Source: Alphaproteobacteria bacterium
GTDB taxonomy: Bacteria > Pseudomonadota > Alphaproteobacteria > SP197
DNA length: 64,000 nucleotides
Assembly (NCBI GenBank): GCA_016869675.1
Contig: VGDP01000007.1
Coordinates: forward strand, 4,286-68,285
Reading direction: 5' to 3'
The notes below the pieces were generated by a model. It saw only the letters and a program-made list of their open reading frames with translations. It did not search any database and was not told where the DNA came from. Position 1 is the first letter of the stretch, and the number at the start of each line of letters is the position of its first letter. Of the stretch, positions 1 through 10,281 are shown piece after piece. The translations under genes were made by a program, and so were the position numbers.

Positions 1-782
1 TCCTCACCCTTGAACAGCACGACGCTGACGCCCTTCTCCACCAACTCCAGGGTGCCGTGGAAGAAGTCGGCGGCATGGATCGGCCGGGTGCGGATCCACT
101 GCATCTCCTCGAGGATGCACATGCCGTAGTACCAGGCCTGCGGCCAGGTGGCGCCGGCGCCGACCATGATGTGCCAAGGATCGGCGGCGAGCGCGCGGGC
201 GACGGACTCGGCGCGCGGCTCGAACGACCGCTTGGCCTCGACCAGCAGCGCGGGCAGGCGGTTCAGGTCGGCGACGTGGGCGTCGTGGTCGGCTGCTTCG
301 CCACGCGCCCGAAAGACGGCGAGGGCCAGCAGCAGGGATTGCAGGTAGAACGACTCGCAGCTCGTGTCGTCCTCGGCGAAGTTGACGAACGCGTGGTCCG
401 CGCCCTCGGCCAGCGGCGTGCCGCCGTGGCCGACCAGCGCGATGACCGTGGCGCTGCGCGCCTTGCAGAAGGCGAGCGCCTCGACGCTCTCCTTGGTGGT
501 GCCCGAGAGCGAGGGAATCACCACGATCGAGCCCGGCCCCAGCGCCTGATGCCCGCCGACCACAAGTTCGGCGCCGATCTCGGCGAACACGGGAAAACGT
601 GACCGGCGCTGCAACAACTGCGCCGCCGGGTGCATGAGGATCGCGGCACTCCAGGCGCCCGGGAAGAACAGGTTGCGCGCTTCCGCACCGAGGCAGGCCT
701 CGATGGCCCGGCTGAGGCCGGGCCCCTGGGCCAGCGCGCCCGCCTGGATGCGCGCGTAGCGCGCTTCGTCGAAATTCAGCAT
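1..782 (-). CDS. SIS-domain sugar isomerase/aminotransferase-like protein (3' end runs off window start)
   Basis: Minus-strand translation from ATG (rc of 780-782) gives MLNFDEARYA... with the SIS motif IPSLSGTTKE and VIALVGHGG. The antisense +ORF 57..602 is spurious. Confidence 0.7.
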   Translation of the reverse strand, partial: MLNFDEARYARIQAGALAQGPGLSRAIEACLGAEARNLFFPGAWSAAILMHPAAQLLQRRSRFPVFAEIGAELVVGGHQALGPGSIVVIPSLSGTTKESVEALAFCKARSATVIALVGHGGTPLAEGADHAFVNFAEDDTSCESFYLQSLLLALAVFRARGEAADHDAHVADLNRLPALLVEAKRSFEPRAESVARALAADPWHIMVGAGATWPQAWYYGMCILEEMQWIRTRPIHAADFFHGTLELVEKGVSVVLFKGE

Positions 783-862
783 GGAGCCTCCCCGCGAGAC
801 GCGATCCATGCCATCGAACGGCGCGGCAGACAACCGGGTCGGAGGACCGGCCGATCGCCGCG

Positions 863-1105
863 TCAGGGGTTGCCGACGATCGACACGCGCGTGCACGCGC
901 GCAGGTCCTGCAAGCGGCGGAGCGCGAAGCGGTGAACCTGGGCGATGGTTCCTATGAACGCGATGCGTTCGATGGCTTGGTCGGCCGCGTCCCAGGCCAC
1001 CAACGAGAAATGGCGGGCGCGACCGAGGCACAGGACCGAACCCGGCGACAGCTTGGACGTTCCGGGGACGATCGCGAGTTCTGTTGGCGGAGGTGTCGTC
1101 GTCAT
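863..1105 (-). CDS. hypothetical small protein (80 aa)
   Basis: ORF starts MTTTPPPTELAIV with GGAGG about 10 nt upstream. No recognisable domain. Confidence 0.3.
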   Translation of the reverse strand: MTTTPPPTELAIVPGTSKLSPGSVLCLGRARHFSLVAWDAADQAIERIAFIGTIAQVHRFALRRLQDLRACTRVSIVGNP

Positions 1106-1205
1106 GCTCTCGCCTCCGCCCGCCGACCCGGGCACGGGGAGGAGCGCCCTGGATCCGCGTGAGGCGGCCCCAGGGCGCCCTGGTTTCGGGATCCGAACGC
1201 GTGGC

Positions 1206-1454
1206 CTACATCTTGAGGCTGGAGACCCCATTCTTGCCGTTGACCACCGAGAAGGTCAGGGTCACCGACTCGCCGGCCTTCAGCTTCGAGATATCGACGG
1301 TCTTCGCCGCTTCGTAGCTGTGGCCGTTGTCGAGGATGATCATGCGCGTCGTCTGATCGACCGACTTGATCTTGCCATTGGCCGTGTCGGCGAGGGCGGC
1401 GCCGGCCGAGGCCAGGATCGCGATGGCGGTCATCGCACCGATGAGCTTCTTCAT
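1206..1454 (-). CDS. secreted DUF1344-like small protein
   Basis: MKKLIGAMTAIAILASAGAALA signal peptide, AAGGGAG RBS, 82 aa. Resembles the DUF1344 periplasmic family. Confidence 0.55.
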   Translation of the reverse strand: MKKLIGAMTAIAILASAGAALADTANGKIKSVDQTTRMIILDNGHSYEAAKTVDISKLKAGESVTLTFSVVNGKNGVSSLKM

Positions 1455-1644
1455 GGGACACTCCCTTGTTTGCAGGTTCGTCACAACGAGGCCCGGATGG
1501 CGCGGCCGGATACCGGCGAAATGTTGAATGGGGCGTCATCCGCCTCGGGTCGCATTGTCGTCCGACGCCTTTTGCGTGACCCTGGCCCAGGCATTAAAGC
1601 TTGGACATCGACGCGCCGGGCTCGGCGCCGGAGGCGGGGTTCGG

Positions 1645-3243
1645 GTGGAGACCTTCGACTACATCATCGTCGGCGCCGGTTCGGCCGGCTGCGTGCTGGC
1701 CAACCGGTTGAGCGCGAGCGGGCGCCACCGCGTGCTGCTGCTGGAGGCCGGGCCCGAGGACCGCAACCTGTGGATCCACGTGCCGCTCGGCTACGGCAAG
1801 CTGTTCAAGGACCCGCGCTTTAACTGGCTGTTCGAGAGCGAGCCCGAACCGGAGCTGGACTGGCGCCGCGTCGTGCAGCCGCGCGGCAAGGTGCTGGGCG
1901 GCTCGTCCTCGATCAACGGCCTGATCTACATGCGCGGCCAGCGCGAGGACTATGACCACTGGCGCCAGCTCGGCAACGTGGGCTGGAGCTACGACGACGT
2001 GCTGCCCTACTTCAAGCGCGCCGAGGACCAGGCGCGCGGCGCCGACGCCTTCCACGGCACGGGCGGGCCGCTCGGCGTCGCCGATCAGTCCGAGCCGCAC
2101 CCGCTGTGCGAGGCGTTCATCGCCGCCGCCGGCCAGGCGGGCATCCCGCGCAACGACGATTTCAACGGCGCGGCACAGGACGGCGCCGGCTATTTCCAGA
2201 CCACGTCGCGCCGGGGCCGGCGCTGTTCGACCGCGGTCGGCTACCTGCGCCCGGCGCGCGGGCGCGCCAACCTGCGCTTGGTCACGCGGGCGCAGGCCGG
2301 TCGCGTGCTGTTCGAGGGCAAGCGGGCGAGCGGAGTCGCGTGGCGCGATCCGGGTGGCGAGCAGCAGGCGCGCGCCGACGCCGAGGTGATCCTGGCGGCG
2401 GGCGCGTTCGGCTCGCCGCAGCTCCTCCAGCTCTCGGGCGTCGGGCCGGGCGACCTGCTGGGCGCGCACGGCATCGCCGTGGTGCACGAGGCACCGGGTG
2501 TCGGCGCCGACCTCAGCGATCACCTGCAGGTGCGCATGATGTTCCGCTGCCGCCAGCGCATTACCTTCAACGACGACATGGCGAGCCTGATGGGACGCCT
2601 GCGCATCGGCCTGCGCTACGCGCTGACGCGCAAGGGGCCGCTGACCGTGAGCGCCGGCTACGCGGGCGCGTTCTTCCGCACCGACCCGCGCCTCCCCACG
2701 CCGGACATCCAGGTGCACTTCCTGCTGTTCTCGACCGACAAGATGGGCGAGAGCCCGCACCGGTTCCCGGGCTTCACCGCCTCGGTCTGCCAGCTGCGCC
2801 CCGAGAGCCGGGGCTGGGTGCGCATCCGCTCGGCCGATCCGGCCGCGCCGCCCGCGATCCAGCCGAACTACCTGTCGGCCGAGGCCGACCGCCGCGCCAA
2901 TGTCGAGGGCCTGAAGATCCTGCGCCGCATCCACCAGCAGCCGGCCATGGCGCCCTTCGTCGAGGCCGAGCTGGACCCCGGCCCCGAGGCCGCCGACGAC
3001 GCGGCGCTGCTGGCCCATTGCCGGCGCCGGGGCGGCACGATCTACCACCCGACGGGCACCTGCCGCATGGGGCTGGACGCCCGTGCCGTGGTGGACGAGC
3101 GTCTGCGGGTCAAGGAACTGGGGGCCTTGCGCGTGGTCGACGGCGCCGTGATGCCGACGCTGGTCTCGGGCAACACCAATGCGCCGATCATCATGATCGC
3201 CGAGAAGGCGTCGGACATGATCCTCGCGGACGCGCGGGCGTAG
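1645..3243 (+). CDS. GMC family oxidoreductase (choline dehydrogenase-like)
   Basis: FDYIIVGAGSAGCVLANRLS FAD-binding N-terminus, GGSSSINGLIYMRG, and the C-terminal GMC signature. The longest ORF starts at 1528. The in-frame GTG at 1645 has a GGAGG upstream and gives the typical METFDYIIVGAG start. Confidence 0.85.
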   Translation: METFDYIIVGAGSAGCVLANRLSASGRHRVLLLEAGPEDRNLWIHVPLGYGKLFKDPRFNWLFESEPEPELDWRRVVQPRGKVLGGSSSINGLIYMRGQREDYDHWRQLGNVGWSYDDVLPYFKRAEDQARGADAFHGTGGPLGVADQSEPHPLCEAFIAAAGQAGIPRNDDFNGAAQDGAGYFQTTSRRGRRCSTAVGYLRPARGRANLRLVTRAQAGRVLFEGKRASGVAWRDPGGEQQARADAEVILAAGAFGSPQLLQLSGVGPGDLLGAHGIAVVHEAPGVGADLSDHLQVRMMFRCRQRITFNDDMASLMGRLRIGLRYALTRKGPLTVSAGYAGAFFRTDPRLPTPDIQVHFLLFSTDKMGESPHRFPGFTASVCQLRPESRGWVRIRSADPAAPPAIQPNYLSAEADRRANVEGLKILRRIHQQPAMAPFVEAELDPGPEAADDAALLAHCRRRGGTIYHPTGTCRMGLDARAVVDERLRVKELGALRVVDGAVMPTLVSGNTNAPIIMIAEKASDMILADARA

Positions 3244-3245
3244 CC

Positions 3246-3692
3246 TTACTGCTTCGCCCAGGCACCCTTGTCGTCCTGCTGCCAGTAGGTCAGGGCGTGG
3301 CCCTGGGCCTTGCGCCGGCGCCAGCGTTCGCGCGCCGCCGCCACGGCCGCGTCGTCGTTGCCGTCGAACAGGTCGAGGCAGCGGGCGAAGCCGCCCGCCT
3401 CGGGTACGTCCATGCCGTCCACCAGCACAAGCACGTCGGCGCGGTTGCGGTCGTCCGGCTCGGTCGCGATCAGAATCGGCTGTTGCGCCGCGTGGCCCTG
3501 GGACGCGAGACCGTGCGGCAGGAACGAGGCTGGGTCGTAGGTCCACAGCACGGCATCCAGCGCCGCGGCGCGCTCGGCTGATTCGGCCAGCAGCAGCACG
3601 CGGTGGCCGCGCTCGACCACCTTCTCGAGCAGGCGCGGCAGGGCACGTTCGAGCGGCTGGGTGCGCAGGTGGTAGAAGCCGAACTCAGTCAC
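3246..3692 (-). CDS. holC: DNA polymerase III subunit chi
   Basis: MTEFGFYHLRTQPLERALPRLLEKVVERGHRVLL and 148 aa, typical of HolC. Confidence 0.8.
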   Translation of the reverse strand: MTEFGFYHLRTQPLERALPRLLEKVVERGHRVLLLAESAERAAALDAVLWTYDPASFLPHGLASQGHAAQQPILIATEPDDRNRADVLVLVDGMDVPEAGGFARCLDLFDGNDDAAVAAARERWRRRKAQGHALTYWQQDDKGAWAKQ

Positions 3693-3695
3693 GGC

Positions 3696-5465
3696 CTAGC
3701 CCTCGGGCAGGCCCGCCGCGCGCAGCGCCGCGCGATGGTGGTCGGCGTCCTCGGCGCGGCCATAGTGGGTCTTGGGCATGAAGCCGGCGATGGTGAAGTC
3801 CGGCGCGCGCCGCAACACCTCGGCCGCTTCCTCGCGCGCCGCCGCGGCCTCGCCCGCCATGGCGAGTGCGCCGGCCAGCGTCGCGCGCACCGCCGGATCG
3901 GGCGCGCGGATGCGCCGGTAGGCCTGGACCGCTTCGCCGTAGCGCCGCGCCACGAAGCAGGCGCGGCCGAGGTGGCTCCAATAGCGTTCCGCGTGGAACG
4001 GGTTGGGTCGCATCGCCTGCCGGACCCAGGTGATGCCCTCTTCGGCGCGTCCCTGCCGGGTAAGCAGCTCGCCCTGCTGGACGACGATGAGATCGTCGTT
4101 GGGGTTGAGCGCGAGCGCGCGTTCCTGGTGGTAAGCGGCCTTTTCGAGGTCGTCGCGCACGGTCGAGACCGCCGCCAAGATGCGGTGCACGTCGCTGTCG
4201 TTGTCGTCGATTCGCAGCGCGATCTCGAGCTCGGCGACGAGCTCATTCCACGCGGTGCCCGGATCGGGCGTGAAGCCGTTGCTCCAGGCCCGGCCCAGAA
4301 CGCACGCTTTCCACGCGTGGGCATGGGCGAAATTCGGGTTGAGCGCGATGGCGCGCTCCAGCAAGCGGAGCGCCTCGGCGTTGTCGGACTCGTTCGAGCG
4401 GTGGTGAAGGGTCTTGCATGCCAGCACCAGCTCGTAGGCGGTCATGTTCGTGGTCGGCTTCTTGGTCGCCCGTTCGCGATGGGCTGCCTGCACGCGCCCC
4501 GGCAGCACGCCGACGATCGACCGGGTCACGTCGTCCTGGATCGCGAACAGATCCTCGAGGTCACGGTCGTAGCGTTCGGCCCACACGTGGCGATCGGCCT
4601 CGGCGTCGATCAGCTGCACCGTGACGCGCACGCGGTTGCCCGCCCGGCGCACGCTGCCCTTGACCACGTACTGCACGCCGAGTTCGCGCGCCACGTCCTT
4701 GACCTTCGTCGCGCGCCCCTTGAACGCGAAGCTGGTGTTGCACGAGATCACCAAGAGGTCGCGGAAGCGGCTGATCTCGGTGATCAGGTCCTCGGTCATG
4801 CCGTCGGCGAACAGATCGCCGTCCGCATCGCCGCCCATGGCCAGGAGCGGCAGGACGACGGCGCTGGGCCGCGCATCGACCGGGCCGTTCGGCTTGGGAT
4901 CAGACGCCACGGCGGCGGCCCTCGTCGGCTCGGCACCGAACCCGGCGATGCGAAAGGCCCGGATGGGCCGCGCGATGTTTCTGACCGCCTGTTCGCCGAG
5001 ATCGTCGAACGTCACGTCGACGCGATGCCCGACATGGTCAATCACCGCCGCCGCGACGGAGATGCCGCCGGGCTCAGCCAGGGCCTGAAGGCGCGCCGCG
5101 ATGTTGACGCCGTCGCCGAACAGGTCGTCGCCCTTGACGATCACGTCGCCGAGGTTGATGCCGATGCGAAAGGCGATGCGTGGGCCGGGATCGATGGCGG
5201 CTTCGGCCGCGTCGACGCCACGCTGGATCTCGGTCGCCGTGCGCACCGCGTCGACGATGCTGCGAAACTCGAACAGCACGCCGTCGCCGGTGGTCTTGAC
5301 GATGCGCCCGTGGGCGCGGCCGATCGCGGGGTCGAGCACGGCCGCGCGGATCGCGTTGAGACGCGCGAGCGTGCCGGCCTCGTCGGCTTCCATGAGCCGC
5401 GAGTAGCCCACCATGTCGGCCGCCAGGATCGCGGCCAACCGGCATTCGGACGAAGACTCGTTCAC
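3696..5465 (-). CDS. class III adenylate/guanylate cyclase with C-terminal TPR repeats
   Basis: CHD motifs LAAILAADMVGYSRL, KTTGDGVLFEF and GDGVNIAARLQ. This is followed by a TolB-N-like segment and a TPR repeat region. 589 aa. Confidence 0.8.
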   Translation of the reverse strand: MNESSSECRLAAILAADMVGYSRLMEADEAGTLARLNAIRAAVLDPAIGRAHGRIVKTTGDGVLFEFRSIVDAVRTATEIQRGVDAAEAAIDPGPRIAFRIGINLGDVIVKGDDLFGDGVNIAARLQALAEPGGISVAAAVIDHVGHRVDVTFDDLGEQAVRNIARPIRAFRIAGFGAEPTRAAAVASDPKPNGPVDARPSAVVLPLLAMGGDADGDLFADGMTEDLITEISRFRDLLVISCNTSFAFKGRATKVKDVARELGVQYVVKGSVRRAGNRVRVTVQLIDAEADRHVWAERYDRDLEDLFAIQDDVTRSIVGVLPGRVQAAHRERATKKPTTNMTAYELVLACKTLHHRSNESDNAEALRLLERAIALNPNFAHAHAWKACVLGRAWSNGFTPDPGTAWNELVAELEIALRIDDNDSDVHRILAAVSTVRDDLEKAAYHQERALALNPNDDLIVVQQGELLTRQGRAEEGITWVRQAMRPNPFHAERYWSHLGRACFVARRYGEAVQAYRRIRAPDPAVRATLAGALAMAGEAAAAREEAAEVLRRAPDFTIAGFMPKTHYGRAEDADHHRAALRAAGLPEG

Positions 5466-5535
5466 GGGCGATGGTTCCCGGCCGGGGCGGCGATCGGGCC
5501 ACTCTATCGCCTAACGCACCCCCGCGACAGGGCGC

Positions 5536-6197
5536 GCGCCCGAAGCTCCGTCGAGGGCCGGCGGGTCAGAACCTGCGCCCGATGCCGATGCCGACGATCC
5601 AGGGGTCGAGGTCGAGGGCGGCGGTGGTGACGCCGGCCAGCGGCTGCACCCGGACATCGGTCGAGAGCCACAGCTTCTTGACGTCGATGTTCAGCATGTA
5701 GGGGCCGCCGTCGATCGGGATGTCGACGCCGGCCTGCAGCGCGAACCCGAAGCCGTCGTCTCAGGAAAAGGAGAGCCCGGCGGGCGCGTCGGCGCCGAAG
5801 CAGTATCGTGTAGTTGATGCCGGCCCCGACATAGGGCCGGAACAGCGGATCGCGCGGCATGAAGTGGTAATGCGCCGTTAGGGTCGGCGGCAGCACCCAG
5901 ACGTCGCCGAGGTCGAGCCCGGTGGGATCGTGGCGCGCCTCGTGGTTGGTGGTCGCCAGGATCAGTTCGAGCGCCACGTTCTCGGTCAGGAAGTAGCTGA
6001 TGTCGAGCTCGGGCACCACCGAGTCGTCCACATCGACCGAGCCCAGCACCGGCGCCGAAACCGACGCGTCCTCGTCGGGCAGCACGCCGATGGCGCGCAG
6101 ATGCACCAGCCACGGATCGCCCATATCCTGGGCCAGCGCCGGCGCCGCCAACGCCACCATGCCCAGGCACAAGGCCAGGGCGATCGGACGCACCATC
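5536..6197 (-). pseudogene. ompW: OmpW family outer membrane protein, disrupted (frameshift plus in-frame TGA)
   Basis: Signal peptide MMVRPIALALCLGMVALAAPALA and the OmpW core (YVGAGINYTIL) lie in one frame. The conserved C-terminus (FGADAPAGLSFS*DDGFGFALQAGVDI...DPWIVGIGIGRRF) is in another frame with an internal TGA (rc of 5761-5763). The frame junction is near 5797-5803. Confidence 0.65.
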
Positions 6198-6330
6198 ATG
6201 ACAACCCCCGCGTTCCCGTTGATCCCGGTGCGCCGGGCCACGCCCGACGCGCTGAAACTAATACGGAAACTAGGGATATTGCGGCTTGACCTGGATCAAT
6301 CGTCGGCGCGATCGCCCCCAGGCGGTTGGA

Positions 6331-7824
6331 TCAGGCCTCGAAGTTGTCGCGCACCAGGCGGTCGAGCAGGCGCACGCCGTAGCCCGAGGCGCCCTTGGGC
6401 ACGGTGGGCATGTCCTTCTTCGCCCAGGCCATGCCCGCGATATCCAGGTGCGCCCACTTGGTATCGCCGACGAAGCGCTGTAGGAACACGGCGCCCGCGG
6501 TCGAACCCGCCTCGCGCGTCTTGCCGACGTTCTTCATGTCGGCGATCTCGGAGTTGATGTCCTTGTCGTACTCGGTGCCAAGCGGCATGCGCCACAGCGG
6601 CTCGCCCACCGACTCGCCCGCCGCCGCCAGCTTGGCCGCCAGTTCGTCGTCGTTGGCGAACATGCCGGCCTTATAGGTGCCCAGCGCGATGACGATGGCG
6701 CCAGTCAGCGTCGCCAGGTCCACCATGAAGCGCGGCTTGAACTGGGTGTGGCAGTACCACAGGGCGTCCGACAGGATCAGCCGGCCCTCGGCGTCGGTGT
6801 TGATGACCTCGATGGTCTGGCCCGACATGGATGTCACCACGTCGCCCGGCCGCTGGGCCTTGCCCGACGGCATGTTCTCGACGCACGCGATGATGCCGAC
6901 GGCGTTGACCTTGGCCTTGCGCCCGGCCAACGCGCGCATCACGCCGACCACCGCGCCGGCACCGGCCATGTCGTACTTCATCTCCTCCATGCCGGCCGCC
7001 GGCTTGATCGAGATGCCACCGGTGTCGAAACAGACGCCCTTGCCAACAAAGGCCACGGGCGAATCGCCGTTGCCGCCGCCGTTCCAGCGCATGACCACAA
7101 GCTGGGATTCGTGATCGCTGCCCTGGCCGACACCCAGGAGCGCGCCCATGCCGAGGGTGTGCATGCGGTCCTCGCCGATGACCTCGACATCGACGCCGAG
7201 CGCCGACAGGGACTTGGCGCGCGCGGCCAACTCGGCCGGGTAGAGCACGTTGGCCGGCTCGCTGACCAGGTCGCGGGTCATGGCGACCCCTTCGGCCAGG
7301 CGAGCGCACGCCACGTGCGCCTGCTCCGCCAGGGCCCGCGCCGCCGTGACGACGACGACGCGCTCGAGCGTCGGCTTGTCCTCGGCCTTCTGCTTGGTGC
7401 GGTACTTGTCGAAACGGTAGGCGCGCAATTCGGCGCCCATCGCCACATTCGCGGCATGATCGGCCGGGCGGCCCACGGCCTCGGCGACGGCATCGACATG
7501 GATCGCCGCGACCTTGGCGCCCGAGCCGTTGAGCCGAGCCGCGATGGCGCCGCCCCAGTTGGCCATGGCCAGGTCGTTGAGCGCCGCGGCCTTGCCCAGG
7601 CCGGCCAGCACGATGCGCGATGCCTTGACGCCCGCGGGCGCGGCGATCTCGAGCATATGATCCTTGGCGCCGGTGAAGCGGCCCCCCGCCATGGCGCGGG
7701 TCAGCGCACCGCCGGTCGCCCTGTCGAGCGCGGCGGCGGACGGTGTCAGGGCCTTGTCGTCGAGCACGCCGACCACGATTGAATCGACGCCATCGGGCAC
7801 GGTCTCGGCAAACGCGAAGTTCAT
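6331..7824 (-). CDS. pepA: leucyl aminopeptidase (M17)
   Basis: NTDAEGRL motif, VGKGVCFDTGGISIKP, 497 aa. Confidence 0.9.
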   Translation of the reverse strand: MNFAFAETVPDGVDSIVVGVLDDKALTPSAAALDRATGGALTRAMAGGRFTGAKDHMLEIAAPAGVKASRIVLAGLGKAAALNDLAMANWGGAIAARLNGSGAKVAAIHVDAVAEAVGRPADHAANVAMGAELRAYRFDKYRTKQKAEDKPTLERVVVVTAARALAEQAHVACARLAEGVAMTRDLVSEPANVLYPAELAARAKSLSALGVDVEVIGEDRMHTLGMGALLGVGQGSDHESQLVVMRWNGGGNGDSPVAFVGKGVCFDTGGISIKPAAGMEEMKYDMAGAGAVVGVMRALAGRKAKVNAVGIIACVENMPSGKAQRPGDVVTSMSGQTIEVINTDAEGRLILSDALWYCHTQFKPRFMVDLATLTGAIVIALGTYKAGMFANDDELAAKLAAAGESVGEPLWRMPLGTEYDKDINSEIADMKNVGKTREAGSTAGAVFLQRFVGDTKWAHLDIAGMAWAKKDMPTVPKGASGYGVRLLDRLVRDNFEA

Positions 7825-8022
7825 GGTTCCCTCTCGTGGGGCGCGGAAGGCGCGATCCTACTCCAGGGCGCGCGCAAGGGAAGCCCCTTGCCGTGGCGCG
7901 GGACGTCGACAAGCTCCTTGTTCCCGTCAAGGGGGCTGCGTAAACTCGCGTCCGAGTCGGGGTGCGTTCGCGCGACCGGCGCGACGCCAAAGAGACTAAC
8001 GAATGTCTGGGGGGTCGAGGGA

Positions 8023-9159
8023 ATGGGAAGCGGACGAGTGACCCGCGCGGCGGTGATCGCCGCCCTCGCCTTGGGTGCTTGCTCCTACGCCGAGGAATTG
8101 CTGTGGCCGTCGTTGAGCGGCGAGGACCCGTCCGGCGCCCAATCCGTGGCGATCGAGCCGTCCCAGGGTGAACTGCAAGGTTCGCCGACCATCGGCGGCG
8201 CGTCGGCGATCAACTCCTCGACCATCACGCCATTCACGGCGCCGGTCGGCAGCACGGGCACGGCCGTGGGCTCCAAGATCGCCGGCATGACGTTGGAGTT
8301 GCAGGCGCTGAAGCAGGCGATCGAACGCAACGCCACCGATGTCCGCACCATCCGCGCCGACTCGGAAGCGAAGGCGCAGCGCTACTACGCGACGTTCGCG
8401 GCGATCACGGCGCGGCTTCAGGTCGGCACCACGCCCGGCAACCCTGTCCTGGTCAGCCAGTGGAACACGGCGCAGAGCGAGCTTGACGGCATCGCCGTGG
8501 ACATCGGCCGCATGAACAGCGTCGCCAATGCCATCGCGGCCGACGCGGGCGTGACCACGTACCTGCAGGATTCGATCCGCGCGACCTACCGGCTGTCGGG
8601 CGCCATCGACGAGGATCACCGCCAGCTGCGCGCACTGGAGGACGAGGTCGACCGCACGATCGTGGCGATCGATCGGCTGCTGGGCGACGCCAACGCGGCA
8701 ATCGACCGGCAGACCGCCTACGTCAACACCGAGCGGCGCAACCTGTCGCAGCTCGCGCTGGCGGTGTCCTCGGGCCAGGTGTACGGCCCGGCGCTGTCGT
8801 CGGGCACGGGCGCGATCGGCACCTCGGGCCTGGCGGCGGCGGCCGGCGCGGCACCCACTGGCTCGCCCCTGGTGGTGATCCGCTTCGACCGGCCGGACGT
8901 GCTCTACCGCCAGGCGCTCTACACGGCGGTCAGCCAGGCGCTGGACCGGCGCCCGAGCGCCATGTTCGACTTGGTCGCCGTGGCGCCCAACCGGGGTACG
9001 CCCAGCGACGTGGCTCTGGCCGCCGACACCTCGCGCAAGTACGCCGAGGACGTCCTGCGTTCGCTGAACGAAATGGGCCTGCCGTCGGATCGCATAACGC
9101 TGTCGTCCCTGACCAGCCCGGACATCGCCGCCAACGAAGTGCGCGTGTTCGTGCGCTGA
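8023..9159 (+). CDS. hypothetical lipoprotein (coiled-coil rich)
   Basis: MGSGRVTRAAVIAALALGACS lipobox start at 8023. The ORF track starts earlier at a TTG (7888). Confidence 0.5.
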   Translation: MGSGRVTRAAVIAALALGACSYAEELLWPSLSGEDPSGAQSVAIEPSQGELQGSPTIGGASAINSSTITPFTAPVGSTGTAVGSKIAGMTLELQALKQAIERNATDVRTIRADSEAKAQRYYATFAAITARLQVGTTPGNPVLVSQWNTAQSELDGIAVDIGRMNSVANAIAADAGVTTYLQDSIRATYRLSGAIDEDHRQLRALEDEVDRTIVAIDRLLGDANAAIDRQTAYVNTERRNLSQLALAVSSGQVYGPALSSGTGAIGTSGLAAAAGAAPTGSPLVVIRFDRPDVLYRQALYTAVSQALDRRPSAMFDLVAVAPNRGTPSDVALAADTSRKYAEDVLRSLNEMGLPSDRITLSSLTSPDIAANEVRVFVR

Positions 9160-9223
9160 GCCTGATCCGGCGACGGCGCCACTGCGTATGACGGGGTATC
9201 CGTTCCCGTCGCCGGAGGCCGCC

Positions 9224-9655
9224 ATGGTTCGTCTCGTCGCCCTGCTCGTCACCCTGGTTCTGGCCGGCGCGGCGCCGGCCCACGCCCAGGCGGGGCTGTC
9301 CGAAGCCGACCAGACGGCGATCCGCGGTGTCATCGCGGGACAGCTCCAGGCCTTCCGCGAGGACGACGGACCGCGCGCCTATGGCTTCGCGGCGCCAGGT
9401 ATCCAGCTCCTGTTCCCGACGCACCAGATCTTCATGAAGATGGTGCGCGAGGGCTACCCCCCGGTCTATCGCGCGGCCGAGTCCGAGTTTCGCGACATCG
9501 AGGCCCTGCCCGAGGGACGCTGGCTGCAGCATGTCCTGATCGTCGGCGCCGACGGCGCGGTGGTCATGGCGCTCTACACCATGGAGTTGCAGCCCGACGG
9601 TACGTGGAAGATCGCTGGCTGCATCCTGGCGCCGAGCAACGAAGCGACAACGTGA
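9224..9655 (+). CDS. secreted DUF4864-like protein
   Basis: MVRLVALLVTLVLAGAAPAHA signal peptide. The stop overlaps the next start (GTGA). Confidence 0.5.
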   Translation: MVRLVALLVTLVLAGAAPAHAQAGLSEADQTAIRGVIAGQLQAFREDDGPRAYGFAAPGIQLLFPTHQIFMKMVREGYPPVYRAAESEFRDIEALPEGRWLQHVLIVGADGAVVMALYTMELQPDGTWKIAGCILAPSNEATT

Positions 9656-10281
9656 GCGCGCCTGAGGTTGACTTCTACTACGGCATCGACAGCCGGTACT
9701 CGTACCTGGCGGCGACTCGGATCGACAAACTCGCCGCCGAGACGGGCGCCCGCGTCAACTGGTTTCCGCTGTCTAGCTCGACGCTGATGGAGCGGCGCGG
9801 CCAGAACCCGTTCGCCGGACCGCCGCCCTCAGGCCAGTACGACTGGGGCTTCCGCCGGCGCGACGCCGAGGCGTGGGCCGACTATTACGGCGTGCCGTTC
9901 CGCGATCCCGTCGGGCGAATCGAGCTGGACGGCCCGCTCTACGCCCGCGCCTGCGTCGCCGCCGGGCGCATGGGCGCGCTGGAGGCCTATTCCATGGCGT
10001 TGTTCGGTGCCGTGTTCGTCGACGACCCCGAGCGGGTGGACCGCGAGCCATGCATCGCGCGCGCCGCCACCGTCGGGCTGGAGCGCGGGGCGTTCGCGCG
10101 CTGCCTGGACGACGACGCCACGACGGCGCTGGTCGAATCCATCCTCCGGCGCGCGCTGGACGCTGGCGTGTTCGGCATGCCGACGTTCATCGTGAACGGG
10201 GCCTTGTTCTGGGGCAACGACCGGCTGGCGTTGGTGCGCCACGCCTTGCGCCGCTACCAGGGGATGGTGGCCGCGTTGTAG
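9652..10281 (+). CDS. 2-hydroxychromene-2-carboxylate isomerase family (DsbA-like thioredoxin fold)
   Basis: VDFYYGIDSRYSYLA...GVFGMPTFIVNGALFWGNDRL, typical of HCCA isomerase / DsbA-like proteins. GTG start at 9652. Confidence 0.7.
   Translation: MSAPEVDFYYGIDSRYSYLAATRIDKLAAETGARVNWFPLSSSTLMERRGQNPFAGPPPSGQYDWGFRRRDAEAWADYYGVPFRDPVGRIELDGPLYARACVAAGRMGALEAYSMALFGAVFVDDPERVDREPCIARAATVGLERGAFARCLDDDATTALVESILRRALDAGVFGMPTFIVNGALFWGNDRLALVRHALRRYQGMVAAL

Noticed and set aside
57-602. 181-aa plus-strand ORF at the window start
   Set aside because: Antisense to the SIS-domain gene, whose minus-strand frame shows the conserved SxSGxTxE motif.
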